From Dehalococcoidia bacterium (lineage in GTDB: Bacteria > Chloroflexota > Dehalococcoidia > Lucifugimonadales > QGNO01), in assembly GCA_965116555.1 (NCBI GenBank), contig OZ220698.1, positions 1,778,160 to 1,842,159 on the forward strand: a DNA stretch of 64,000 nucleotides, written 5' to 3'. The notes under the pieces were generated by a model. The model was not told the DNA's origin, ran no database searches, and saw only the letters and a list, made by a program, of their open reading frames with translations. Each line of letters opens with the position of its first letter. Within the stretch, counting starts at the first letter, position 1. The position numbers and the translations under genes are program-made. Shown here piece after piece: positions 1 through 9,489 of this stretch.

Positions 1-687
1 AAACTGCTGGCCGCGGAAGGCGCCAAGGTCGCCATTGGGGACGTGCTGGAGGAAGAGGGCAGGAAGGTAGAAGCTGAAATCAACGAGCTTGGCGGAGAGG
101 CGTTCTTCATGCCGCTGGACGTCACCAAGGCAGATGACTGGAATGCAATCATAGCCGAGACCGTATCGCGCTTTGGCAAGCTGGACGTCCTGGTCAACAA
201 CGCGGGCATCGGAGGGCGCGGCGGACTTGAGGACATGACCGAGGAGGAATGGGACGAGGTAATGGCGGTGAACGCCAAGGGCGTGTTCCTCGGCACCAAG
301 CTGGCGATGCCGGAGTTGATGAAAACCGGCAACGGCTCCATCGTCAACATATCGTCGCAGATGGGCATAGTGGGCAGTGATACCAGCAACCCCGGCTACC
401 AGGCATCCAAGGCGGCGGTGCACGTCTTCACCAAGTCCATAGCTCTCCGCTACGCCACACAGGGCATCCGCGTCAATTCGGTGCACCCCGGCCCCATCGA
501 CACGCCCATGCTCCAGGCCGGCTTCATCGACCCTGAACGCATGAAACGGGTGATGAGCAAGGTGCCCATGGGCAGAGTGGGCCAGCCTGAGGAGATAGCC
601 TACGGAGTGCTCTTCCTCTCATCCGACGAGTCGTCTTTCATTACGGGCGCAGGCCTTGTCATAGACGGCGGGTACATAGCCCACTGA
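1..687 (+). CDS. SDR family NAD(P)-dependent oxidoreductase (5' partial, runs off window start)
   Basis: Frame is open from base 1 (KLLAAEGAKVAIGDV...); motifs LVNNAG, catalytic YxxxK (YQASK), IRVNSVHPG, VIDGG. Confidence 0.9.
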   Translation, partial: KLLAAEGAKVAIGDVLEEEGRKVEAEINELGGEAFFMPLDVTKADDWNAIIAETVSRFGKLDVLVNNAGIGGRGGLEDMTEEEWDEVMAVNAKGVFLGTKLAMPELMKTGNGSIVNISSQMGIVGSDTSNPGYQASKAAVHVFTKSIALRYATQGIRVNSVHPGPIDTPMLQAGFIDPERMKRVMSKVPMGRVGQPEEIAYGVLFLSSDESSFITGAGLVIDGGYIAH

Positions 688-717
688 TTCTAGTCGGTAT
701 CAAGGAGTTGCTTTAGC

Positions 718-960
718 ATGGCCGAACAAGAAACCGCAACGCTTCCCATTGTCTTCACGATTCACGGCTGCGACGCCTGTGTAAAGCTGTTGAACAAGTG
801 GAACGCGGAAGGCGTACAGTACGAGGAACGCCGCGCCGACCTCAGCCAGGAGGTCCTGGACGAAGCGCGGAAGTACGGCGACGTCGTCCCCATAGTGGTC
901 TACCCGGATGGCCGCGTGGAGGAAGGGTTCGAAGGCGGCATCGGCTGCCACATAGGCTAG
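718..960 (+). CDS. Small glutaredoxin-like protein
   Basis: SD-like AGGAG upstream; CxxC (GCDAC), cis-Pro motif VPIVV, C-terminal GIGC. Confidence 0.75.
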   Translation: MAEQETATLPIVFTIHGCDACVKLLNKWNAEGVQYEERRADLSQEVLDEARKYGDVVPIVVYPDGRVEEGFEGGIGCHIG

Positions 961-970
961 CGCTACCCCG

Positions 971-2119
971 CTACTCTATGACGGTCATCGTCTCCGTGTT
1001 GGTGTAGTCGGAGAGCATCTCGTAGCCGTCTTTGGTCACCAGGATGGTATCCTCTATGTGATACCGCTCGTCGTATGGCTCCTCCGTGCTGCCGTTCTCG
1101 ATACAGAGCACCATCCCCTCTTCCACCACCCACGGTTCGCCGGGAGCGGCCACGGGCCTCTCGTGGATGGTGACGCCTATGCTGTGCCCAACCATGGTGC
1201 GTGAACCCAGGCCCAGGTCAGTGTGCGCCTGTATGGAAACGTCGAAAAGCTCTTCACCGGAGATCCCGGGACGCGCCGCCTGGATGCTGCGCTGCTGCAC
1301 CTCGTAGAACTTGGCGTACGTATCCTTCTGCCGCTGCGACGGCTTTCCCACTACCGCCATCCTGGCCAGGTCGGTGAAGTAACCGCCGAAGTTGGCCCCG
1401 AAGTCGCAGCGCATGATGGTCCCTCTCTCTAGCGGGACGTCCGCCCCCAGGAAATGCCCGCTGGTGCTGCGAATGCCGGAGGCTATGATGTTGAACGTGA
1501 CTATGTCCGCTCCGTTCCGCATCACGTTGTGGCTCATGGCGTCGCCCACCGACTTTTCGGTGTCGGTCGGTCTGGCGCGTGCGTAGGCAAGGAAGATGGC
1601 CTTGTCGGTGGCGCGGGCCGCCGCTCTCAGCAGCTCGACCTCCTTGGGAGTCTTGATGAAGCGGGTGCGCTCCATGACATCGCTGCCGTCCGCCCAGTAG
1701 ACCTCGGGCAGCTCGTTGTTAATCACATCCCAGTAGTGCGCGTTGAGGTACCTCTTCTCCAGGCCCACACGCTCTCCGCTCAACCCCTTCTCCTTCAGGA
1801 TGTCCACCAGCGTCCAGAGCGCCGTGTCCACCTCCGAGTAGCCGGGGAAGCGACGCACGTCCTTGATGAAAGTACGGAAGGGGTTCCTGCTCTCGTAGAC
1901 CACGAAGGTAGGTTCGCCTTCTAACGGCCAGATCACGGCGTGCATTATCTCAGGAAGCAGGTGCATGTCCAGGTTGTAGTAGCCGGACAGGTAGACCACG
2001 TTGGCCGGAGAGAAGCCCACCACGGCGGAGAGTCCTTCCTCCTTCATTAGCTGCTTCAACCTGGCCTCGTTGAACAGGTCCTTGTTCTCTATGGAGATTT
2101 CAGACATCACATCGAGCAT
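971..2119 (-). CDS. M24 family (Xaa-Pro) metallopeptidase
   Basis: Creatinase-type N domain then pita-bread ligands: CDFG...YFTDLAR, GHSIG..IHE, CIE, HIEDT. Confidence 0.9.
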   Translation of the reverse strand: MLDVMSEISIENKDLFNEARLKQLMKEEGLSAVVGFSPANVVYLSGYYNLDMHLLPEIMHAVIWPLEGEPTFVVYESRNPFRTFIKDVRRFPGYSEVDTALWTLVDILKEKGLSGERVGLEKRYLNAHYWDVINNELPEVYWADGSDVMERTRFIKTPKEVELLRAAARATDKAIFLAYARARPTDTEKSVGDAMSHNVMRNGADIVTFNIIASGIRSTSGHFLGADVPLERGTIMRCDFGANFGGYFTDLARMAVVGKPSQRQKDTYAKFYEVQQRSIQAARPGISGEELFDVSIQAHTDLGLGSRTMVGHSIGVTIHERPVAAPGEPWVVEEGMVLCIENGSTEEPYDERYHIEDTILVTKDGYEMLSDYTNTETMTVIE

Positions 2120-2237
2120 AGCAATCCCTCCTCTACAAGCCAGCCTAGGTTACCACGACGCTATTCAGCCAACAAGAGCGCGCTTCCTTACCAAGCTATA
2201 CAGCCGTATCTACCCGTAGACCACGCACACAATGGCG

Positions 2238-2417
2238 CTACCAGCTTGGGTGTCTAATGTCCAATTTAGCCGCGATATCCTTTACCTTCGTGAAGTCAGA
2301 CTCCCTTGTATAGTGCCGCAAGACTTGTTGAAGTTCCTTTCGCATCTCTGATCGTAGGAGTTGTAGTTCTCTCTGTAGCTCTGCCTTGGTGACGTAACGC
2401 TCCTTTTCCGTTGCCAA
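2238..2417 (-). CDS. Small coiled-coil hypothetical protein, 59 aa, TTG start (not in ORF track)
   Basis: GGAGGAGG SD 6 nt before TTG; reads MATEKERYVTKAELQRELQLLRSEMRKELQQVLRHYTRESDFTKVKDIAAKLDIRHPSW*. Confidence 0.6.
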   Translation of the reverse strand: MATEKERYVTKAELQRELQLLRSEMRKELQQVLRHYTRESDFTKVKDIAAKLDIRHPSW

Positions 2418-2471
2418 CGTTGGCCTCCTCCCTGTGTTATAGACATCCTATCACCCACAAGAGAAGAGCCT

Positions 2472-2528
2472 CCGCTCATGGTGAGCTTAGAGTTATCCTG
2501 AGCCTGCCGAAGGGAACCATATGAGCGG
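2472..2528. repeat. REP-like palindrome (CCGCTCA..TGAGC..CGAA..TGAGCGG family), nested copy
   Basis: ccgctcatggtgagc...aaccatatgagcgg with an internal cctgagcctgccgaagg; matches copies at 22457, 37764 and 37820. Confidence 0.75.
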
Positions 2529-2571
2529 GAAGATGGCAGGTGTAGTTGCCCTAGCCTACCCGCACGTCCGT

Positions 2572-2600
2572 TTGACCCTCTTTCCCCTCTATGCTACGCT
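2572..2600 (+). promoter_or_regulatory. Sigma70-type promoter for the T-box/ileS leader
   Basis: TTGACC-17 nt-TACGCT with extended -10 TG. Confidence 0.6.
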
Positions 2601-2609
2601 TTCATGCCA

Positions 2610-2860
2610 AAGGCTATGACGGAGACGAGTACGCGTTGCGCAGCGGCACAGCGAGTCCGGAACGGTGGAAGCGGACGCCCAGGCACACGCGGAATATCAC
2701 TCCCGAGCCGCCGGCTGAACAGCACCAAGTAAGCCAGGACGGCCTTGCCGACCGTTATCGACGGCAGAGGCGTGATTGCGCCTCACAGAGTGTTCCAATA
2801 CCGGAAAACAAGGGTGGTACCGCGGCAGAAAGTCCCGTCCCTTAGGGGGACGGGTTTTTT
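2610..2860 (+). ncRNA. T-box riboswitch (Ile), transcriptional type
   Basis: T-box motif AAGGGTGGTACCGCGG (2810-2825); antiterminator aaggg/ccctt; terminator cccgtccc/gggacggg plus T6; stem I AGCGAG and GGTGGAAG elements; CCGTTA box; Ile specifier ATC at 2696-2698; lies upstream of ileS. Confidence 0.92.
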
Positions 2861-2885
2861 GTTAGCCGAAGATAGAGGAGCCGCA

Positions 2886-5800
2886 ATGGCAACAACTGAA
2901 GAGAAAGAATCGACCGTGTTCAAGCCGGTCTCGCCCAGGGTGAGCTTCCCCAGAATGGAGGAAGAGGTCCTTGCCTTCTGGAAAGAGACCGACATCCTCC
3001 GGCGAATCGACCGGGCGCGAGAAGGCTCGCCCTTGTTCACCTTGTACGAGGGGCCTCCCACTGCCAACGGAGCGCCGGGCATTCACCACGTGCTGGCCCG
3101 CGTGTTCAAGGACGTGATCCCTCGCTACAAGACCATGCAAGGCTACCGGCCAATACGGAAGGGAGGATGGGACACTCACGGACTCCCCGTGGAGCTTGAG
3201 ATAGAGAAGGAGCTGGGCATCTCCACCAAGGGCGAGATCGAGGAGTACGGCATCGAGAAGTTCAACGCCCTCTGCCGTGACAGCGTGATGCGCTACGTCC
3301 AGGAATGGGAATCCCTCACCGACCGCATAGCCTTCCTCGTGGACATGGACGACCCCTACGTCACCTTCACCAACGACTACATAGAGTCCGGCTGGTGGAT
3401 TCTCAAGGAGCTCTGGGACGCGGGGCTGCTGTACCAGGACATGCGGGGTACGCCCCATTGCCCCCGCTGCGTCACCAGCCTCAGTTCCCACGAGGTTTCC
3501 CTGGGCTACCAGGAAGATACGCCCGATCCTTCAGTGTTCGTGAAATTCCAGCTAACGGGATACGATAATACCCGACGACGCAGAGACGCGTTCCAGGACT
3601 CCTACGGCCGACTCACGAAGCACGGCGAACCAGTCTATTTCCTCGCCTGGACCACCACTCCCTGGACCCTTCCAGGCAACACTGGTCTTGCCGTGGATGC
3701 CACCGCCGAATACAGCCTGGTGGAGGTGGACGGAGAAACAGATAAAGAACGGTTGGTGCTGGCAACAGCCCTTCTAGGCAGAGTTATCCAGCAGCCATAC
3801 AAAGTGCTTTCTACGTTTGGTGGCAGGGAGCTGGTCAGACTTACCTACAAGCCACTGTACAATCCTTCGGAATATGGCGTTGAGATCAGGAAATTCGGCG
3901 GGCCTGAACTCGACCGTAAAGACTGGGGAGTATTAGGGCCAGCAGAATCTCTGAACTTTCTGATAGTCGATGGCCAATTTGTCTCCATGGATGACGGAAC
4001 CGGCATCGTTCACATCGCTCCGGCATTCGGTGATGAAGACCTGGGGCTGGGTCGTTACGAGGGCCTAAACTTCGTCCAGCCGGTTGACCTGCAGGGGAAC
4101 GTGACAGGCACTTATCCCTTCGCCGGAAAGTTCGTCAAGGACGCCGATGAGGACATCATGCGTGACCTGGAGCGGCGCGGCCTGCTCTACAAACGTGACA
4201 TATACAGGCACACCTACCCCTTCTGCTGGCGCTGCGACACTCCCCTGCTCTACTACGCCAAGTCCTCCTGGTACATTCGCACCACCGCCAAGCAGCAGAA
4301 GCTGGTCTCAGGCAACCAGCAAATCAACTGGTACCCGGAGCACATCAAGGATGGTCGCTTCGGAGAGTGGCTGCGCAACAACATAGACTGGGCGCTGTCT
4401 CGCGAGCGCTACTGGGGCACCCCACTGCCCGTGTGGCACTGCGACAGCTGCGACGAATACGATTGCTTTGGCAGCGTGGCCGAGCTCAAGGAACGCGCCC
4501 TGGGTGAGCACGGAGAGTCGCTGGACATAGAGAATTTCGACCTGCACAGGCCATACATCGACGCCGTGCTGGTGTCCTGCCAGAAGTGCGACGGGACCAT
4601 GAGCAGGGTGCCGCACGTTCTGGACGCCTGGTTCGACTCGGGAGCGATGCCGTACGCGCAGCATCACGTGACCTCACAGGGCGACCTGCAAGGGTTGCGC
4701 GGCGGTCATCTCTTCCCCGCCGACTACATATGCGAGGCCATAGACCAAACTCGCGGCTGGTTCTACACCCTGCACGCCCTGGCTACCCTGGTTGCGGATG
4801 AGCCGTCTTACCGCAACGTCATCTGCTTGGGACACATCCTGGACAACAAGGGCGAGAAGATGAGCAAGTCCAAGGGCAACGTGGTGGAACCCTGGGAGGT
4901 GATCAACGCCCACGGCGCCGACGCCATACGGTGGTACATGTACACCGCCGCTCCTCCGGGCAACTCCCGCCGGTTCTCCGCGGATCTCGTCAGCGAGTCG
5001 GTGAGGCGGTTCTTGCTCACTCTGTGGAACGTATACTCGTTCTTTGTCACCTACGCCAACCTGGACGGCTACGACCCGACGCAAGCCCCCCAAACAAAGC
5101 CGTCCTCCGACCTCGACAGGTGGATACGCTCCGAGCTTGAGCAGCTAACCGCCGAGGTGACGCGGCTCATGGACGAGTACAACGCCACCGACGCCGGACG
5201 CCGCATCCAGGAGTTCGTGGAGGTGTTGTCCAACTGGTACGTACGGCGCAGCAGACGGCGCTTCTGGAAGAGCGAAAGCGATGACGACAAGGCATCGGCC
5301 TACGCCACCCTCTACGAGTGCCTATCTCGTTTGTCCAAGCTTCTTGCTCCCTTCACGCCGTTCGTCGCCGAGGAGATGTACCGCAATCTGGTCGTCTCGT
5401 TGGACCAAAGCGCGCCGGATAGCGTGCATCTGGCGGATTTCCCCGTGGTGGATGAGTCCTTGATAGACAATGAGCTATCGGAAGGAATGCGCCTGGCAAT
5501 GCGGGTGTCCAGCCTGGGCCGGGCGGCGCGCAGCAAAGCCAAGATACGGGTGCGGCAGCCCCTGGCCAAGGTGCTGGTGAAGCCGCGCTCCTCAACTGAG
5601 TCGGAGGCGCTGAAAAAGCTGGCGTCGCACGTAATCGATGAACTGAACATCAAAGAGGTGGTCGCTCTTCAGGATGAAGGCGACGTGGTGGAGTTCACCG
5701 TAAAGCCCAACCTGCAACTGCTGGGGCCCAAGCTGGGCCCTGAACTGCCCAAGCTGCAACAGTTGCTTGGGGAGGCCAGCGCTCCTCAAATAGCAGGTTT

Positions 5801-6212
5801 GGTGAACAGCAACCGGCAAGTCCAACTAGACGGCTTCTCCTTAGAACCCGCAGAACTGCTAATAGAGACCTCCGATAAAGAGGGGTACGCCTCTGCTATG
5901 GAAGCCGGCTATCTGGTGGCGATTGACACCAACCTCACGCCTGAGCTGGCCGACGAGGGCATGACCAGGGAGCTTGTACACCTTGTGCAGAACATGCGCC
6001 GCTCGGCGGGCTTCAACATCTCCGACAGGATATTGACCTGGTATCAGGGCGACGACCGGATTGCGCAGGTGATGGAGAAGCACGGCGGCTACATCAAGGA
6101 AGAGACCCTTTCTCTGGACCTGCAATCCGGTGAAGCGGAAGACGGCGCTCACGTGGAAGAGCACCGGATTGACGGCGCAGCGGTCAAGCTGGGCGTGAAG
6201 CGGGCCTCCTAG
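2886..6212 (+). CDS. ileS: Isoleucine--tRNA ligase (type 2 IleRS)
   Basis: GPPTANGAPGIHH, GWDTHGLPVE, WTTTPWTLPGN, DWALSRERYWG, KMSKS; start at MATTEE after GAGGAG SD (ORF-track extension overlaps the T-box). Confidence 0.97.
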   Translation: MATTEEKESTVFKPVSPRVSFPRMEEEVLAFWKETDILRRIDRAREGSPLFTLYEGPPTANGAPGIHHVLARVFKDVIPRYKTMQGYRPIRKGGWDTHGLPVELEIEKELGISTKGEIEEYGIEKFNALCRDSVMRYVQEWESLTDRIAFLVDMDDPYVTFTNDYIESGWWILKELWDAGLLYQDMRGTPHCPRCVTSLSSHEVSLGYQEDTPDPSVFVKFQLTGYDNTRRRRDAFQDSYGRLTKHGEPVYFLAWTTTPWTLPGNTGLAVDATAEYSLVEVDGETDKERLVLATALLGRVIQQPYKVLSTFGGRELVRLTYKPLYNPSEYGVEIRKFGGPELDRKDWGVLGPAESLNFLIVDGQFVSMDDGTGIVHIAPAFGDEDLGLGRYEGLNFVQPVDLQGNVTGTYPFAGKFVKDADEDIMRDLERRGLLYKRDIYRHTYPFCWRCDTPLLYYAKSSWYIRTTAKQQKLVSGNQQINWYPEHIKDGRFGEWLRNNIDWALSRERYWGTPLPVWHCDSCDEYDCFGSVAELKERALGEHGESLDIENFDLHRPYIDAVLVSCQKCDGTMSRVPHVLDAWFDSGAMPYAQHHVTSQGDLQGLRGGHLFPADYICEAIDQTRGWFYTLHALATLVADEPSYRNVICLGHILDNKGEKMSKSKGNVVEPWEVINAHGADAIRWYMYTAAPPGNSRRFSADLVSESVRRFLLTLWNVYSFFVTYANLDGYDPTQAPQTKPSSDLDRWIRSELEQLTAEVTRLMDEYNATDAGRRIQEFVEVLSNWYVRRSRRRFWKSESDDDKASAYATLYECLSRLSKLLAPFTPFVAEEMYRNLVVSLDQSAPDSVHLADFPVVDESLIDNELSEGMRLAMRVSSLGRAARSKAKIRVRQPLAKVLVKPRSSTESEALKKLASHVIDELNIKEVVALQDEGDVVEFTVKPNLQLLGPKLGPELPKLQQLLGEASAPQIAGLVNSNRQVQLDGFSLEPAELLIETSDKEGYASAMEAGYLVAIDTNLTPELADEGMTRELVHLVQNMRRSAGFNISDRILTWYQGDDRIAQVMEKHGGYIKEETLSLDLQSGEAEDGAHVEEHRIDGAAVKLGVKRAS

Positions 6213-6224
6213 CCCAACGTCATC

Positions 6225-6941
6225 TCAGCTAAGGCTGCTTATCGCTTCTTCCTGTACCCGAAACAGGTAGTCGATGCCTTCCTTGCCCAAGGCCAAGAGG
6301 CTGTCCGTGGTCTCGCGGGAGAAGGGCACGCCTTCAGCGGTGCCCTGAAGCTCCACGTATTCACCTCTATCGGTCATCACCACGTTGAAGTCGACCTCTG
6401 CTCGTGCGTCTTCTTCATAGCAAAGGTCAAGGTAGGGGACGCCTTCCACCACCCCAACGCTGGTGGCGGCCACGGCGGCTTTCAGCGGCACCGACTCCAA
6501 AGCGCCCTGTCGCACCAGGTGAAGCAACGCCTGATACAGCGCCACGTAAGCGCCCGTGATGGAAGCGGTGCGAGTGCCGCCGTCGGCCTGAAGCACGTCG
6601 CAGTCGAGCACCACGGTACGCTCTCCAAGCGACCTCATATCGGTCACTGCGCGCAGGGAACGCCCTATGAGCCGCTGTATCTCCGATTCTCTTCCCCCGG
6701 GACGCCCGTTGCCTCTGGGCGTGCGTGACAGGGTGGACCTTGGCAGCATGGAGTACTCCGCGGTGACCCAGCCCTGTCCGCTTGATCTGAGGAAGTTGGG
6801 CACGCGCTCCTCTATGGAAGCGGCGCAGATCACCTTGGTCTTGCCCACCTGAATCAGGCAGGACCCCTCGGCGAACTCCTGGTATCCCACAGCTATACTC
6901 GTATCCCTGGCCTGACTGGGGCTACGTCCGTCTATTCTCAT
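6225..6941 (-). CDS. rph: Ribonuclease PH
   Basis: MRIDGRS..., GWVTAEYSMLP, EIQRLIGRSLR, DCDVLQADGGTRTASITG; GGAGAG SD before ATG at 6941. Confidence 0.97.
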   Translation of the reverse strand: MRIDGRSPSQARDTSIAVGYQEFAEGSCLIQVGKTKVICAASIEERVPNFLRSSGQGWVTAEYSMLPRSTLSRTPRGNGRPGGRESEIQRLIGRSLRAVTDMRSLGERTVVLDCDVLQADGGTRTASITGAYVALYQALLHLVRQGALESVPLKAAVAATSVGVVEGVPYLDLCYEEDARAEVDFNVVMTDRGEYVELQGTAEGVPFSRETTDSLLALGKEGIDYLFRVQEEAISSLS

Positions 6942-6976
6942 TGACTCTCCATATTGGGTTGGGCGCTTGCCACGCC

Positions 6977-7015
6977 ACCCCCATCTCAATCTTCCCCCCA
7001 TCGAGGGGGGAAGAG
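6977..7015. repeat. REP-like hairpin (cccccatctcaatcttccccc...gggggaagag)
   Basis: Perfect 10-bp stem tcttcccccc/ggggggaaga (6990-7014) in the comEC-rph spacer. Confidence 0.55.
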
Positions 7016-7063
7016 GTTTTGCAAAGCTCACTGCAGCAGCGGATAGTGCATCCGCAAGAAACC

Positions 7064-9487
7064 TTAAACTTTGGTGTGCAATCTGACAACCGTTCCGTCT
7101 GAGACAAGGGTTATATCGCCCAGCTCGGAGGTGAGCAGGACGCGGTCGGGACCTCCCGCCACGTCTTGCAGCCTGCCCATCACCTCGGCGTTGGGATGGC
7201 CGTAGCTGTTGCCTGCTCCTACCGATACAACGGACAGCCGCGGGTCAACCGCTTCCAAGAACGACCTGCTGGAAGATGTTCCACTCCCGTGGTGGGGGAC
7301 TTTGAGCACGTCCGCTTCCAGCTCGATGTCCCTGGACAGCATGGAAAGCTCGCCCTCTCTGAAAACGTCGCTGGCAAAGAGAAAGGAGACATCGCCATGG
7401 TTGAGACGGAGCACGGTGGCGTTGTTGTCTATGTCGGAAGACGTCCCCCTTAGCTGTGGCTGCGGCGGGTTCAGCACCTCTATCGTTGTCTCTCCGCCCA
7501 GCACCAACTCTTGTCCCTGCTCCGCCTGGATAACCGTGGCGCCCTCCAACTCCAGGGCGCTGAGCCACTCCTCTCGTGCGGAAGACAGGTGCTCGTATCC
7601 GTTGTCCAGCACCGCCGACGCTTGGTAGCGGCGCAGCACCTCAGGCAGACCGCCTATATGATCAGCATGCGAATGAGTCAACACTACTAGATCCAGGCTC
7701 CTGTCCCAGAACGGCATACTCTCTCCCAAGGCGCGCAATACGGGGCCAGGATCCCTGCCTCCGTCTATCAGCACCTGCTCGCCGCCGGGCGTCTCAATGA
7801 AAACGGCGTCTCCCTGTCCAACATCTATGAAAGTGACGTACAGCTTGCCATCGGGAAGGGTGAGGTTGGCCAACCAGATGAGAACCGCAACAGCCGCCAG
7901 CGGTGCCAGGCTGAACAGACGAGAGGGTGCGTTGACATGGCCGGGAGTTTCCCTGCGTACGGCGGGAGCAAAGTGGAACGGACGTCTTCTCAGCCGGAAC
8001 CAGGCCAGAACGGCAATGAGCGTGCCGTAGTAACCCCACACCAACATGTATGGCACACCGTCCATCTCTATGGTCCATTCGGGCAGGGCTTGCACTATCC
8101 CTAGTAGGTAAGTCAGCGGCAGCCAGGCAAGCCAGCCTAAAGCCTGTCCAAGTATGGGAAGAACCAAGCCGGCCATCGCCGTTGCCATGGACGTTGCCAG
8201 TATCATGGGCAGGGCGGGCAGAGCTATCAACGTGGCCGGAATGCTCAGCAAGGCAACCTGGTGAAAGTAGAACGCGAGTATGGGCAGCGTAGCTGCCACG
8301 GCGGCGGCGCTGACCGCAACGGAGGCTATGGCCCAGTAACCCAACCCTTCCAGCCAGCCGTTGCCCGGCGCTATCTTTGCAAAGAGGGTTCTCATCGCAG
8401 CTTCCAGCGGCGGCCAGAGGGTAATGATGCCTGCCATAGCGGCAAAGCTCAGCTGGAAAGAGACGTCGTACACCACCTGCGGGTCCAATGCCACCATGAG
8501 GGCAGCCGCAAAGCCGAGCGCCGGTAAAGCGCTGCGCTGTCTGCCCAGCGCTACCGCGGCCAGATAGAGGCTGGCCATGATTGCGGCCCGCTCCGCTGAA
8601 GGAGATAGGCCGCTGAGAAGGACGTACAGCCAGATAACTCCCAGCGGGAGCAAGAGGTACAGGCTCCGTCTCCTGCCGAACAGACCCGCCGCTGCCGGCA
8701 AGACCAGCCCAAGGACTACGCCAACGTGCAGCCCTGAAATGGCCAGCAGATGAGATGTCCCCGTGTTGCGAAAAGCCTGGACAACGTCTGATGGCATCGT
8801 GTCTCGGATTCCCAGAAGCACGGCCTTGGCAAAGGAAGTCTGCGGCTCCGGCAGAGACGCGTCCAGCGCACCGGCCAGCGAACGTCTCAGGCTATGCAGA
8901 AGGGCCAGCGGCCTGGAACCCTGGCCCTCCTCCAACCATGCTACCTCCGGCTCGAACATGAGGGCGTTTATCCCGCGGCGGGCCAGGTACTCCTTGTAGT
9001 TGAAATCGGCGAAAACGGGCGCTTCCTCCAACTCTCCATCCAGCAAGAGGCGATCTCCATAGTGGAAGAAGGGCGCATCCCGCTGCCGGGTCAGATCCAA
9101 TGAAGGCGAAGCGGTGACCAGCACGCCGCCCGATACCTCTCGCCAGCCCGAACCGTCGTTTATGCGTTCCAGGTGAAACAGAAACCGTGAAGCGGCGCCT
9201 CTGGCTTCAGGGGTCTCCTCTATCACTCCCTCCACTGCCACGCCGCCCTGTCCCAGCCAGGAGCCCAGCTCCGGCGACGTCGACGGCAATACGCCCACGC
9301 GCAGGATGCCGAGGATCAGCGCCGCCAGCGCAACTGGAATCAGCAAGCTCCACTTCCTGATCCATGAGACCAGTATGAGCAGCCCGGAAGACCCCAGAAA
9401 CAGCACGGCGGAAACAAATAGGACGTCCCATTGCAGGGCCAGCGCCACGCCTGCGACCCATCCTACGGAAACGGCAAGGAGTTTCAA
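7064..9487 (-). CDS. comEC: DNA internalization competence protein ComEC/Rec2
   Basis: OB-fold N part, HLLAISGLHVG competence domain, SFQLSF, metallo-beta-lactamase domain LTHSHADHIGG, LKVPHHGS, YGHP. Confidence 0.95.
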   Translation of the reverse strand: MKLLAVSVGWVAGVALALQWDVLFVSAVLFLGSSGLLILVSWIRKWSLLIPVALAALILGILRVGVLPSTSPELGSWLGQGGVAVEGVIEETPEARGAASRFLFHLERINDGSGWREVSGGVLVTASPSLDLTRQRDAPFFHYGDRLLLDGELEEAPVFADFNYKEYLARRGINALMFEPEVAWLEEGQGSRPLALLHSLRRSLAGALDASLPEPQTSFAKAVLLGIRDTMPSDVVQAFRNTGTSHLLAISGLHVGVVLGLVLPAAAGLFGRRRSLYLLLPLGVIWLYVLLSGLSPSAERAAIMASLYLAAVALGRQRSALPALGFAAALMVALDPQVVYDVSFQLSFAAMAGIITLWPPLEAAMRTLFAKIAPGNGWLEGLGYWAIASVAVSAAAVAATLPILAFYFHQVALLSIPATLIALPALPMILATSMATAMAGLVLPILGQALGWLAWLPLTYLLGIVQALPEWTIEMDGVPYMLVWGYYGTLIAVLAWFRLRRRPFHFAPAVRRETPGHVNAPSRLFSLAPLAAVAVLIWLANLTLPDGKLYVTFIDVGQGDAVFIETPGGEQVLIDGGRDPGPVLRALGESMPFWDRSLDLVVLTHSHADHIGGLPEVLRRYQASAVLDNGYEHLSSAREEWLSALELEGATVIQAEQGQELVLGGETTIEVLNPPQPQLRGTSSDIDNNATVLRLNHGDVSFLFASDVFREGELSMLSRDIELEADVLKVPHHGSGTSSSRSFLEAVDPRLSVVSVGAGNSYGHPNAEVMGRLQDVAGGPDRVLLTSELGDITLVSDGTVVRLHTKV

Positions 9488-9489
9488 TG

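Noticed and set aside
2745-2885. N-terminal extension of the ileS ORF in the track
   Set aside because: It overlaps the T-box antiterminator and terminator; the real start with SD is at 2886.
6942-7031. N-terminal extension of rph (MSFAKPLPPSMGG...)
   Set aside because: It translates the palindromic repeat; RNase PH begins MRIDGR at 6941.
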